A DNA stretch of 20,000 nucleotides from an uncultured virus (IMG/VR IMGVR_UViG_3300042549_008416) (lineage: Duplodnaviria; Heunggongvirae; Uroviricota; Caudoviricetes): IMG/VR virus record IMGVR_UViG_3300042549_008416. The stretch is one strand, 5' to 3'. Every line of letters starts with the position of its first letter. Within the stretch, counting starts at the first letter, position 1. Below are positions 1-8,019 of the stretch, in pieces. The translations under genes were made by a program, and so were the position numbers. The notes under the pieces are model-generated. The model was not told where the DNA came from. It did no database searches and worked only from the letters and a program-made list of their open reading frames with translations.

Positions 1-1
1 A

Positions 2-1489
2 GAATTTGAAACTTCTGCTGCTGCAAAAAGGTATGTGGAATCTTCAGATTGGAAAAGGCCGTATTCAATTAAAAAAATTGAACCAAAAGTTGCCAGAACT
101 CAATTCGAAGAGGAAGTTTTTGAATACGCTGATGGTGGAGATACAGATTCGCCAGAATCAATCTGGGAATCAACTAAGCCAATCAAAAGAGTAAAAATGC
201 TTGTTAATGCTGCTTTTGATGGTCAAAAATATAAGCATACACAAAATGAATTAATTGAATTTTCAGATTTAGAATGGTCAAGTTTACCAGAAGATATTAG
301 AAGTAAATTAGAATTAGATATATATAAATATGCTGATGGTGGACAATTTGATTTTAAACCTTATGGAAAAACAAAAGGTAGATATAAAATAGAATATGTA
401 GAGGAAGGTAAAAAACAATCTGAAGTTTGGGAATCAAAAGAGATGGTTGAAGATAGAGGTAAAAAATTATTAAAACTTGGATGCACTAATATTAAAATTA
501 CGAAAGTCAAAAAAATGGCTAGGGGTGGAGAACCAAAACCTTCACTAATACCTGATTATAAAAAAATTAGTGGTATCGAAGTTGAAGATATTGATATGGC
601 AGATTATCCAGATTTCTCGGATGCGTACATATCATATGCTGAATATGATGGAGAGCCTATGACAGATGAGCAATTAGAAGAGCTTAATCAAGACGGATAT
701 ATTGTTTATGAAGCTATACAAAGGAGATTATTTGCTGATGGTGGTAAAGTTCGTCAAAATAAAAAAGATAAATTATGGGAATCTATAAAAAATAAATTTT
801 CAGAAATATTCTATTTAAGAGAAACGAATCCAAATGAAATATTTTCAAATGACGTAATAGCCGAAAAAAATGAATATTTATATTTTGCTGCCGCTTGGGT
901 TACAACCACTTTAAGCTTTGAAGAAGCAGAAAATAAATTTATGAAGATGTTGACGGATGATGAGAAAAAAATGATTAAAATAGAACGCAACGTAAAAGAT
1001 ATAAATGAAGCATTCGGTTTAATGTCAGAAAAGAAAATTTTAGTAAAAAGAATTGATAAGATGGCTGATGGCGGGGAGGTTAGTTTATGGAAAGTAGATA
1101 AAAATAAAGTTGAAAAATTAAAAACTGGTAGTAAAAGAGCTATTAAAGGTTACATAACAAAAAACAAACTTGATAGAGCTACTGGAGAGAATTGGGGTTT
1201 GCAAGAGTGGCCAACTGATGTTACTGAAGAACAAATTTTAAGGTATAATCGTTCTAATATGACGGCAACATCTCAAGAATATGCAAGAGGCGGCAAGGTA
1301 AAAAGCAGATGGATTCAAGATGCATTAAGCGGAAACAAAGGGGAACTTCGTAAAACAGCCAAAAGAAAGGGCTTAATCAAAGGAGATGAGAAATTATCAA
1401 ATTCTGACTTACGAAAATTGCAGAAAATGGGCGGTAAAACTGCAAAAAGGGCTCGTTTAGCAGAAACTTTGATAGAATTTAAAAAATAA
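2..1489 (+). CDS. 5'-truncated large modular protein with six [YFM]A[DR]GG motifs (candidate polyprotein / virion core protein)
   Basis: The frame is open from nt 2 (EFETSAAAKRYVESS...), so the GTG at 35 is probably internal. Motifs: YADGG (125), YADGG (329), MARGG (515), FADGG (731), MADGG (1061), YARGG (1280). The last module is very basic (RWIQDAL...KRARLAETL). Confidence 0.85.
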   Translation, partial: EFETSAAAKRYVESSDWKRPYSIKKIEPKVARTQFEEEVFEYADGGDTDSPESIWESTKPIKRVKMLVNAAFDGQKYKHTQNELIEFSDLEWSSLPEDIRSKLELDIYKYADGGQFDFKPYGKTKGRYKIEYVEEGKKQSEVWESKEMVEDRGKKLLKLGCTNIKITKVKKMARGGEPKPSLIPDYKKISGIEVEDIDMADYPDFSDAYISYAEYDGEPMTDEQLEELNQDGYIVYEAIQRRLFADGGKVRQNKKDKLWESIKNKFSEIFYLRETNPNEIFSNDVIAEKNEYLYFAAAWVTTTLSFEEAENKFMKMLTDDEKKMIKIERNVKDINEAFGLMSEKKILVKRIDKMADGGEVSLWKVDKNKVEKLKTGSKRAIKGYITKNKLDRATGENWGLQEWPTDVTEEQILRYNRSNMTATSQEYARGGKVKSRWIQDALSGNKGELRKTAKRKGLIKGDEKLSNSDLRKLQKMGGKTAKRARLAETLIEFKK

Positions 1490-1516
1490 AAGATTAAAAT
1501 TGCGAAAAATAATATT

Positions 1517-1524
1517 TAAATTTG
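1517..1524 (+). promoter_or_regulatory. Bacteroidota-type sigma70 -7 element (TAAATTTG)
   Basis: Exact TAnnTTTG in an intergenic gap, 22 nt upstream of the ATG at 1547. No clear -33 TTTG at canonical spacing. Confidence 0.55.
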
Positions 1525-1546
1525 TAAAAACAGTAAAATTATAATT

Positions 1547-1681
1547 ATGGCAAAGCAAGGCGAAAAAATCAAACTTATCTCAGCTCACGCAAAAAAGATT
1601 TGGAAAAAAGCAGAAGGTGAGAAATGGACTGAAGCCATAAAAAGGGCAAGTGCCGAGCTTAAAAAAGCAGGCAAAATATAA
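1547..1681 (+). CDS. 44 aa small basic protein, putative DNA-binding/condensing protein (not in ORF track)
   Basis: MAKQGEKIKLISAHAKKIWKKAEGEKWTEAIKRASAELKKAGKI*. Lys/Ala-rich with amphipathic helices; TAATT-ATG start context as in neighbouring genes; fills the gap between two ORFs. Confidence 0.8.
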   Translation: MAKQGEKIKLISAHAKKIWKKAEGEKWTEAIKRASAELKKAGKI

Positions 1682-1698
1682 CAAGAAAAAAACTTAAT

Positions 1699-2061
1699 AT
1701 GAGTTTAAAATACGCTGAAAACGCTGTCATTAAAGGATTTGTTGGAATTCCTGACCAATTTGCTATTTATGGTCAAAACAATACATTTACTGATGCCCCA
1801 ACTGCAACACCTGAAGAAAGAATAAATGAAATTTTTAGTATGTCTAACGATTGCAGAGATGGAAGTACCATTTTTGCAGACGAACAAGCATTTCATCCAG
1901 TTTCTCAAGGGTTAACTGCTCAAGTGGTATTATCGGGTTCAGCTCAAGCTGGAACTTCAGCAGAAGCACCTGCACCTCCAATGAAAAAGTTAGAAAATAA
2001 CTTAGCAACTGCTCTTTTAATCGGAGCTGGCGTATTTGTACTTTATAAAATTTTATCATAA
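1699..2061 (+). CDS. hypothetical protein with C-terminal membrane anchor
   Basis: 120 aa; C-terminal LATALLIGAGVFVLYKILS; the stop overlaps the next start (TAATG). Confidence 0.8.
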   Translation: MSLKYAENAVIKGFVGIPDQFAIYGQNNTFTDAPTATPEERINEIFSMSNDCRDGSTIFADEQAFHPVSQGLTAQVVLSGSAQAGTSAEAPAPPMKKLENNLATALLIGAGVFVLYKILS

Positions 2062-2438
2062 TGGAAGAAGCAACATCAGCAACAGCTCCTGCACCAGCAG
2101 CAGCACCAGCCCCAGCGGCAGCACCTGCACCAGAGGCAGCATCTGCACCAGCACCAGCACCAGCACAATCAAGTGGTGGCGGTTTCGGTTCTTCTATTAA
2201 AGAAGCTGTAAGTACTATGAATTGGACTGAAGTTATTTTCGGAGTATTAGGTTCAGCAGCTTTATTTTATACAATTTACTACTATAAATACAATCTCACA
2301 ATGAATAAAACATTCAAAGCTGAGATGCAGAATAAGATTGACGATTTAACTATCAAATTATCTGATATGGAGAGTGCATCTCAAAGAGATATATTGCCTG
2401 CAAACACACCGCAGCAAGGGTTTGATGGTTTCTATTAA
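2061..2438 (+). CDS. membrane protein with Ala/Pro-rich N-terminus, one TM helix and a coiled coil
   Basis: APAPAAAPAP repeats, then VIFGVLGSAALFYTIYYY, then heptad-like MQNKIDDLTIKLSDME. Confidence 0.8.
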   Translation: MEEATSATAPAPAAAPAPAAAPAPEAASAPAPAPAQSSGGGFGSSIKEAVSTMNWTEVIFGVLGSAALFYTIYYYKYNLTMNKTFKAEMQNKIDDLTIKLSDMESASQRDILPANTPQQGFDGFY

Positions 2439-2458
2439 TAGTGAAATAAAAAAATACA

Positions 2459-3106
2459 ATGCAGGTAAATGAATTAAGATTTGGTAATTCAAATCGTACC
2501 ATCCTTGTTTATCTTAAAACAGAAAATTACTTAGATTCTCTCTTACCAGAACTAAGCTCATTCCCGCCACCTGAAAACGATAGCAAAGAAGTATATCAAG
2601 AATTAAATCAACTCATTGAGTATACAAACTTTCTTGAACAAGACGAGCAATTAAGACGTAGATATGAATTATACGATGGTGATTTTGAAAATTACATCAT
2701 TGAAAGATTAGTAAACGTAGGTATAGACAAGCAAGAATTAGAAAAAATTGTCAGAGAGATACACGATGACATACTTCCACTACTTGTTAAACTGAAGGTT
2801 ACATACAATAGGGCTAGACCTTATCAACTAGCATTTTATAAAGGATTAAAGTTATATCCTTTTAAATCTGCAACAGCAGATTCTTCATCATATCCATCAG
2901 GACACACATATCAAGCAAGGATTTACGCTGAAGTATTGGGTAATATGTACCCAAAATTTTATAAAGCCTTACACGATTTAGCTAATGACATTTCTTGGTC
3001 AAGATTATATTTAGGACTTCATTACCCTTCTGATATGGAGTATTCACTTTATGCAGCAGAAGTCGTACTAAAACATCCAGAATTTAGAAAAAAATACAAG
3101 TTATAG
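2459..3106 (+). CDS. PAP2 / acid phosphatase / vanadium haloperoxidase superfamily protein (soluble)
   Basis: All three signature motifs are present in order: KxxxxxxRP (KVTYNRARP), PSGH (SYPSGHT) and SRxxxxxHxxxD (SRLYLGLHYPSD). No TM segments. Confidence 0.9.
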   Translation: MQVNELRFGNSNRTILVYLKTENYLDSLLPELSSFPPPENDSKEVYQELNQLIEYTNFLEQDEQLRRRYELYDGDFENYIIERLVNVGIDKQELEKIVREIHDDILPLLVKLKVTYNRARPYQLAFYKGLKLYPFKSATADSSSYPSGHTYQARIYAEVLGNMYPKFYKALHDLANDISWSRLYLGLHYPSDMEYSLYAAEVVLKHPEFRKKYKL

Positions 3107-3115
3107 TGAAATACA

Positions 3116-3577
3116 ATGGGTGTACACATAAGTCAACTTCCTCAAGAGGTAAAAGATAGGTTAGGGTTAAAAGACCCACAGCATAAGCAATTTTGGGCAA
3201 TTATTGGTTCAAAAGACCCGATATATTTCCGTTCCTCTTGGGAGTATTACTATGCTATATTCCTCGAAAAATTAAAGCAAGAAGGTAAAATAGTCGACTG
3301 GAAGCACGAGCCAAAGTGTTTCTGGTTCGAGAATATTAAGCGTGGGGTTAGGTCATATCTACCTGATTTTTGTGTATTGCATTTAAACGGCACTGAGGAG
3401 TGGGCTGAAGTAAAAGGGTACTATGATTCAAAATCCCAAACAAAGATGAAGAGAATGGCAAAATACTATCCTCAAATCAAGATTAGGCTGGTAGGCTCGG
3501 ATTGGTTCAAAATAAACCTAAAAGCTTGTAAAGCATTAGAGCCTATGCTTGCAAAAGCTGTTCAAAAAGTTTCATAA
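3116..3577 (+). CDS. PD-(D/E)XK endonuclease (DUF1064 / T7 endonuclease I / TnsA-N-like), possible resolvase
   Basis: FRSSWE ... WKHEP ... YLPDF ... WAEVKG catalytic arrangement. Confidence 0.8.
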   Translation: MGVHISQLPQEVKDRLGLKDPQHKQFWAIIGSKDPIYFRSSWEYYYAIFLEKLKQEGKIVDWKHEPKCFWFENIKRGVRSYLPDFCVLHLNGTEEWAEVKGYYDSKSQTKMKRMAKYYPQIKIRLVGSDWFKINLKACKALEPMLAKAVQKVS

Positions 3578-3606
3578 TTTTTTTTAGGTTTTTATGCGGC
3601 ATTGAT

Positions 3607-3614
3607 TATATTTG
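3607..3614 (+). promoter_or_regulatory. Bacteroidota-type -7 element (TATATTTG)
   Basis: Exact TAnnTTTG in the 3578-3644 gap, 30 nt upstream of the ATG at 3645. Confidence 0.55.
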
Positions 3615-3644
3615 TAAATAGAGAAATACTATTGATTTTAGATA

Positions 3645-4085
3645 ATGATAAAAACGGCATCCATTTCAACCAACATATTTGATGAACTCTTTGTAACTAT
3701 TGAGTCTATTGGTGTCGATACTACAATAAAAGTCCTTCAAGAAGCAAGAACAAAAGTGTTGATTTTAGGAGATAACAATGTTGATAATATCATTAATGCA
3801 GTAGTAGAAATAACTGGCGTTCAAAAATCAAGGATATTACACGGAACTGACAGAAGTGATGATAGGAAGATGGCCTTAGCTCTTTGTGTGTATTATATAA
3901 AGAATCAATTTGAATATTCTTATAATGATATGAATAAGATATTTTCAAAAGATAGGGCTGGATTATACAGATATTATTCTTTAATCGATAATATTGCAGC
4001 CAAACCAAAAAATGAATTTGACAAAACACTAAGTGAATATCGGAAACAATTAGAATTATTTATTACTAGAGAAAAAATTAAATAA
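3645..4085 (+). CDS. DNA-binding protein with a DnaA domain IV-like HTH
   Basis: IINAVVEITGV...IL...R...RKMALALCVYYIK..FEYSYNDMNKIFSKDRAGLY resembles the DnaA C-terminal pattern (I...V...FGV....L....R....AR..AMYL.R....SL..IG..F.RDHTTV). No AAA+ domain. Confidence 0.55.
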   Translation: MIKTASISTNIFDELFVTIESIGVDTTIKVLQEARTKVLILGDNNVDNIINAVVEITGVQKSRILHGTDRSDDRKMALALCVYYIKNQFEYSYNDMNKIFSKDRAGLYRYYSLIDNIAAKPKNEFDKTLSEYRKQLELFITREKIK

Positions 4086-4087
4086 CT

Positions 4088-4924
4088 ATGGCAGAAAAAT
4101 TTGAGACAGAAATCATTGAACCTGAAGAAAGGAAAGCAGTAGACTACAATCCTCTTGACGAACAAGTTAATGAGAAAGCGTATACTACTCCAAATACAAA
4201 TACGCAAGGTATTGACTTAAATGCTCCTATACCTGAGCCGAGATTTACTCCTCCGCCAATGGATAAGAGGACAATAAATCAAGAACAAGGAAAACAACCT
4301 AAGCCAGAACCAATGAATCCTGAGATGAAAAATCTTGGGAAAAAAGATACTGAAATGGCGGCAGGTCATATGGCAAAGCTAATCATACAAGGTTATGAGT
4401 GGATGCACCAGTTGGCTAACAAAGGTTTACAAGTCTCTGAAAAAAAATTAAATAAATTACAAGCTGAAGGAGAAATCAATCTTAATGCAATGATTGATTA
4501 CGACTATGGCAAAAAAATTCGTGCTGGAGATTTCTTTATTGAATATAATCAGCAAGTAAGTAATGTATTAACTGTAAGCCAAGAATTTAAAGATGAAGCG
4601 ACTCCGCTGCTTGAAAAAGTCTTAGCGAAGCGTGGTATCGGAATGACAGATGAGCAAATGCTTATGTTTGTATTTGGTAAAGATATTGCAGCTAAGTCTA
4701 TGATATTCTTCCAACAAAAAGCACAGATGAATCATATGTTGGCAAGCATTAAAGAATCAACGATGGCTCAATATGCACAAGCTGCACCGCCACCGCCACC
4801 TCCAATGCAATCTGAACCCCAACCGCAACCGCAACCTACTCAACCTGAAGCAGAATATATCGCAGTAGAACCAGAAGAAGAAGTCGCACCGAAAAAAAGA
4901 GCTGGTAGACCAAGAAAAATTTAA
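4088..4924 (+). CDS. hypothetical protein with Pro/Gln-rich termini and helical core, immediately upstream of the packaging ATPase
   Basis: 278 aa ORF with 2 nt spacing to both neighbours; PPPPPP/QPQPQP tract; basic C-terminal KKRAGRPRK. Confidence 0.85.
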   Translation: MAEKFETEIIEPEERKAVDYNPLDEQVNEKAYTTPNTNTQGIDLNAPIPEPRFTPPPMDKRTINQEQGKQPKPEPMNPEMKNLGKKDTEMAAGHMAKLIIQGYEWMHQLANKGLQVSEKKLNKLQAEGEINLNAMIDYDYGKKIRAGDFFIEYNQQVSNVLTVSQEFKDEATPLLEKVLAKRGIGMTDEQMLMFVFGKDIAAKSMIFFQQKAQMNHMLASIKESTMAQYAQAAPPPPPPMQSEPQPQPQPTQPEAEYIAVEPEEEVAPKKRAGRPRKI

Positions 4925-4926
4925 TT

Positions 4927-5727
4927 ATGGGAAGAGAACCTAAATTACTTGTAGCTGTTGGCAAAAAAGGTGTAGGTAAATCATATACTACAAAAGAAAT
5001 GATGAATCAATATGCTTATGTAAATCCTAAGCGTAGAGTTTTAATTTTAGATGTAAATGATGAATACTTTGACATTAAGGCATTAAGTATACAAGATATT
5101 GGATTGTTTTCAGTACATCCTCAAATCGAAGTAAGGAGAATCAGACCATTTTTAGATAATGGTAAGAGAATGACACTAGATGATATTGCATCAACGCTCT
5201 TTATTATTCTTGAAACATTTAGGAATGGATTACTACTCGTAGAGGATATTAATAAGTATATCAGTGATACTATGCCTAATGACTTGGTAGGTGCTATCTG
5301 TACGAATAGACACATAGGCGTAGACATCATAATGCACTATCAATCTATTGGTAGGATTACATCAAAGGTATGGCAGAACCTAAATATAATTAGGATGCAT
5401 AAGATTACCGATGCTGTAAAGAAGCATAAGCATAAGTTTGAGGATAAGTACGAATACATATCGATAGCAGAGATAATGATTAATCAAGAGTATGAGAAGG
5501 GCAACAAGCACTTCTTTGTATATGTAGACGTAGATGATGAAAAAGTTTATGGCTCGTTTACAACAGCTCAATACGATAACGCAGTAAATATCTTTATACA
5601 GAACAACTATGCAAATGTTATCACTCCTATGCTAAATGCTCGTGGAATGGATGGTAAAAAGGTGCATACAGCCCAATCTGCCATAACTGAATATAAAAGA
5701 AGGCTATTATCTTATATGAAAAAATAG
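4927..5727 (+). CDS. A32/P9-like (FtsK-HerA superfamily) genome packaging ATPase
   Basis: N-terminal Walker A GKKGVGKS, strand VLILD, Walker B LLLVED, and the Arg-finger/Gln-sensor motif NRHIGVDIIMHYQS typical of A32-type ATPases. 266 aa stand-alone, no nuclease domain. Confidence 0.85.
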   Translation: MGREPKLLVAVGKKGVGKSYTTKEMMNQYAYVNPKRRVLILDVNDEYFDIKALSIQDIGLFSVHPQIEVRRIRPFLDNGKRMTLDDIASTLFIILETFRNGLLLVEDINKYISDTMPNDLVGAICTNRHIGVDIIMHYQSIGRITSKVWQNLNIIRMHKITDAVKKHKHKFEDKYEYISIAEIMINQEYEKGNKHFFVYVDVDDEKVYGSFTTAQYDNAVNIFIQNNYANVITPMLNARGMDGKKVHTAQSAITEYKRRLLSYMKK

Positions 5728-5780
5728 TAAAAACAACAGACATTATATACGATTATTGATTAAACAACAATAATCAACGT

Positions 5781-5818
5781 AAAATCATTGACAATAAAAA
5801 GGTCAGTGATTTTTTTTT
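5781..5818 (+). terminator. intrinsic terminator after the ATPase operon
   Basis: AAAATCATTGAC(5781-5792) / 9 nt loop / GTCAGTGATTTT(5802-5813), 12 bp with one G-U pair, continuing into a T-run to 5818. Confidence 0.75.
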
Positions 5819-5834
5819 GTGTTATTTTCCAGCA

Positions 5835-5842
5835 TAAATTTG
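5835..5842 (+). promoter_or_regulatory. Bacteroidota-type -7 element (TAAATTTG), candidate promoter of the capsid gene
   Basis: Exact TAnnTTTG just downstream of the terminator; a TTTG lies at 5816-5819 (15 nt spacer, shorter than typical). Confidence 0.5.
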
Positions 5843-6090
5843 ATACATAATTGTTCTTTGATTGCTATTTCTGGAAGGGTCGATATAAAATCTTGAATTT
5901 GTATTCATTTTTGAATAGAGATTTGGAAGGACTATTAATCTAAGATAGAAGGTAAAACTGGGTAATATAAGTAGAGACTAAGTATTATTTCTTTTGTAAG
6001 ACATAAAATTGAAAATCTATGAGTAGTATCAAGTTGAACTCTGAAATCTTAAAGGAAAGGACAGACTCGTTAAAGGAAAGTTTTTTATGG

Positions 6091-6112
6091 TTTTTAGTAT
6101 TGATACTAAAAA
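6091..6112. promoter_or_regulatory. perfect 10 bp inverted repeat (TTTTTAGTAT-TG-ATACTAAAAA), possible operator
   Basis: Dyad with a 2 nt centre, 76 nt upstream of the ATG at 6189. Confidence 0.35.
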
Positions 6113-6188
6113 AATAAATAATGCCCCCTGAAACACACAAAAAAAAGTAATCATAAAATAAATTTTTAACAAACAAATATTAACTAAA

Positions 6189-6926
6189 ATGTCAGTAAGA
6201 AACTACATCGACAACGCACGCAGAGGTAACTACTCTAATTGGACTGGTGATGCTGCTCCTCAAAATGGTGGCTACCGTAACTTTACAAGTGCCGTTCAAA
6301 CGAACGACCCTCAATCTCCTGTAAGAGCACAAACAAGACCTTTTGCAAACGCAGCTGGTACTGGTAACAATGCTCCTCAATCTCAACCTTACATCTTAAC
6401 TGTAAGCAACGCTTCTGCTGCTGCCGTAAGTAACTTTGATGTATTAGGTGCTTTCACTTATATCGGAAACAGTGGTTTCGCAAATGGTAGCTTGACTATC
6501 TCTGGCGTTACTATCTCTTCTGCTATCAGTAACGTAAACTACCAACAGTTCTTGTATCAATCGATGCAACAGCCATTCTCTGTAGGTCTAACTTACATCG
6601 AGAGTACTTCTGGTACGTCTGCACAAATTACACAAACCTTCACATTAAATACTCAAGATGCGAATGGTAACCAATTATTGAGAACAATCGTTCCAACTAT
6701 TGACCCTTACCAACAACAATCTACAATTGTAGCTGTTAAGCAACAGTATTCTATTGATGGTTTCACTAAGTTAACTTTCAGCACTATTGGTGCGTCAGTT
6801 GTGTTCCGCATTCACTTCTACCCTAGCACAAACATTAACTTGTCTGCTGGTTTACAAGGTCAAAGCGTAGCTCAAGCTTATGGTAATCCTAATATCGTAG
6901 GTGTACCTACTTATATTCAAGGGTAA
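6189..6926 (+). CDS. candidate major capsid protein (jelly-roll type; ~180 aa beta-rich body plus ~60 aa N-terminal extension)
   Basis: Alternating hydrophobic beta-strand pattern and few charged residues. Visibly enriched in C-ending codons (AAC, TAC, ATC, TTC) compared with neighbours. Own leader and terminator; next to the A32-like ATPase. The fold is inferred. Confidence 0.6.
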   Translation: MSVRNYIDNARRGNYSNWTGDAAPQNGGYRNFTSAVQTNDPQSPVRAQTRPFANAAGTGNNAPQSQPYILTVSNASAAAVSNFDVLGAFTYIGNSGFANGSLTISGVTISSAISNVNYQQFLYQSMQQPFSVGLTYIESTSGTSAQITQTFTLNTQDANGNQLLRTIVPTIDPYQQQSTIVAVKQQYSIDGFTKLTFSTIGASVVFRIHFYPSTNINLSAGLQGQSVAQAYGNPNIVGVPTYIQG

Positions 6927-6945
6927 TCCACAAACTCTATAACCG

Positions 6946-6990
6946 AAAAAGGGGGCTATGATTGTCAATCTTTCATAAGCCCCTTTTTTT
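6946..6990 (+). terminator. intrinsic (possibly bidirectional) terminator after the candidate capsid gene
   Basis: AAAAAGGGGGCT-ATGA...TCAT-AAGCCCC-TTTTTTT: GC-rich stem flanked by an A-run and a T-run. Confidence 0.85.
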
Positions 6991-7003
6991 CTAATCATCA
7001 GCA

Positions 7004-7477
7004 ATGACGAATTTTCCGTATGTACAAGAAGTCCTACCTGATGCTCAACCATCAGCGATGAATGTATATGATTATATAGCAAATGTGAATCCTGATGCTG
7101 CAAATAGTGTTTGTAAAAAGTATGGCTACTATCAAATAGAAAATTTAGAAGAGCTTGCTTGGTGTCTTAGACAAATTGTAGCAGATAATGGAGAGGAATC
7201 ATTAAAAAAAGTTATGGAATTGCATCCTGATAAGGAAGTGATTCTTGAATTATTTGAGGTCAAACCTGAACCCAAAAAGGAAGAAATATCTTCAACCCCA
7301 ATTATGATGAATGCTGATGGTAATAAAGACTGCGGCTGCGGATGTGGATATAGATGCGGACTTAATATGAGAAATGCAGACGGAAGTGCATCAACTGGAA
7401 TAGCAAGTCAAACAAATATGATTATCTTAGTAGCTGCTATGATAGTTTCTATTTCTATAATTTCAATGAAAAAATAA
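7004..7477 (+). CDS. C-terminally anchored membrane protein with two NADG motifs flanking a Cys cluster
   Basis: MMNADG-NKDCGCGCGYRCGLN-MRNADG; TM MIILVAAMIVSISIISMKK. Confidence 0.85.
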   Translation: MTNFPYVQEVLPDAQPSAMNVYDYIANVNPDAANSVCKKYGYYQIENLEELAWCLRQIVADNGEESLKKVMELHPDKEVILELFEVKPEPKKEEISSTPIMMNADGNKDCGCGCGYRCGLNMRNADGSASTGIASQTNMIILVAAMIVSISIISMKK

Positions 7478-7480
7478 GTT

Positions 7481-8017
7481 ATGAAACAAAATTTTGCAGG
7501 TCAACCTGATGGTGGTGGTGCTTTAGGATATGCTGGCCCTTTTCCAACTTTAACTGGTAAGGATTTGATGTCAGATGTAAACCCTAATCAATCTACTATT
7601 TTTAGACCTTACCCACGTTTTGTAGATAACTGTAAAACAAAAAAATGTATGAAAAATTCTATGAAGAATTTCGATGATTATAATAATTATGGTAATGAAG
7701 ATTCTGAGACCAATGAAAGAGGCGGCGGATTCTTTTCTTTAGGAAATTTGAATCTAGGTGATTTATTTAGAACTGGTACTACTATTTATAGCGAAACATC
7801 GAGAAATCAAGCTATGAGAGACCAAGCGGCATTAGCACTTCAGATTGAGCAACAAAAAGCAGCTCAGGCTAAAGCTCTTGCACAACAAAAAGCAGCAGAA
7901 TCAGGTTCATATGCAGGTAAAATCAAAGCTTATACAACTCCAATTATTGTTGTTGGTGTATTAACAATTGGTGGTATTGCAGCGTATTTCTACTTTAAAA
8001 AGAAAAAAATTAGCTAA
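7481..8017 (+). CDS. C-terminally anchored membrane protein with Gln/Ala coiled segment
   Basis: QAALALQIEQQKAAQAKALAQQKAA followed by IIVVGVLTIGGIAAYFYFKKKK. The true start could be a downstream Met. Confidence 0.8.
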   Translation: MKQNFAGQPDGGGALGYAGPFPTLTGKDLMSDVNPNQSTIFRPYPRFVDNCKTKKCMKNSMKNFDDYNNYGNEDSETNERGGGFFSLGNLNLGDLFRTGTTIYSETSRNQAMRDQAALALQIEQQKAAQAKALAQQKAAESGSYAGKIKAYTTPIIVVGVLTIGGIAAYFYFKKKKIS

Positions 8018-8019
8018 TT

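Noticed and set aside
6..194. 62 aa + strand ORF at the window start and 8270-8599 alternative frame
   Set aside because: Both overlap stronger ORFs in another frame; 8270-8599 is an off-frame reading of the Gly/Tyr repeats.
3116..3577. Transposase (TnsA) or mobile homing endonuclease
   Set aside because: No TnsB/TnsC, terminal repeats or interrupted host gene are visible.
3645..4085. Calling this gene dnaA
   Set aside because: Only a domain IV-like resemblance; 146 aa with no Walker motifs.
4927..5727. Terminase large subunit, conjugative VirB4/TraD or Zot
   Set aside because: No nuclease domain, TM anchor or large helical insertion, and no T4SS genes nearby. Size and the RH...Q motif fit the A32-like packaging ATPases.
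5985..6176. Minus-strand 63 aa ORF in the intergenic region, and other short minus-strand ORFs from 1705 to 14004
   Set aside because: They oppose the uniform + strand organisation, have low-complexity AT-driven composition, and mostly overlap well-supported + strand genes.
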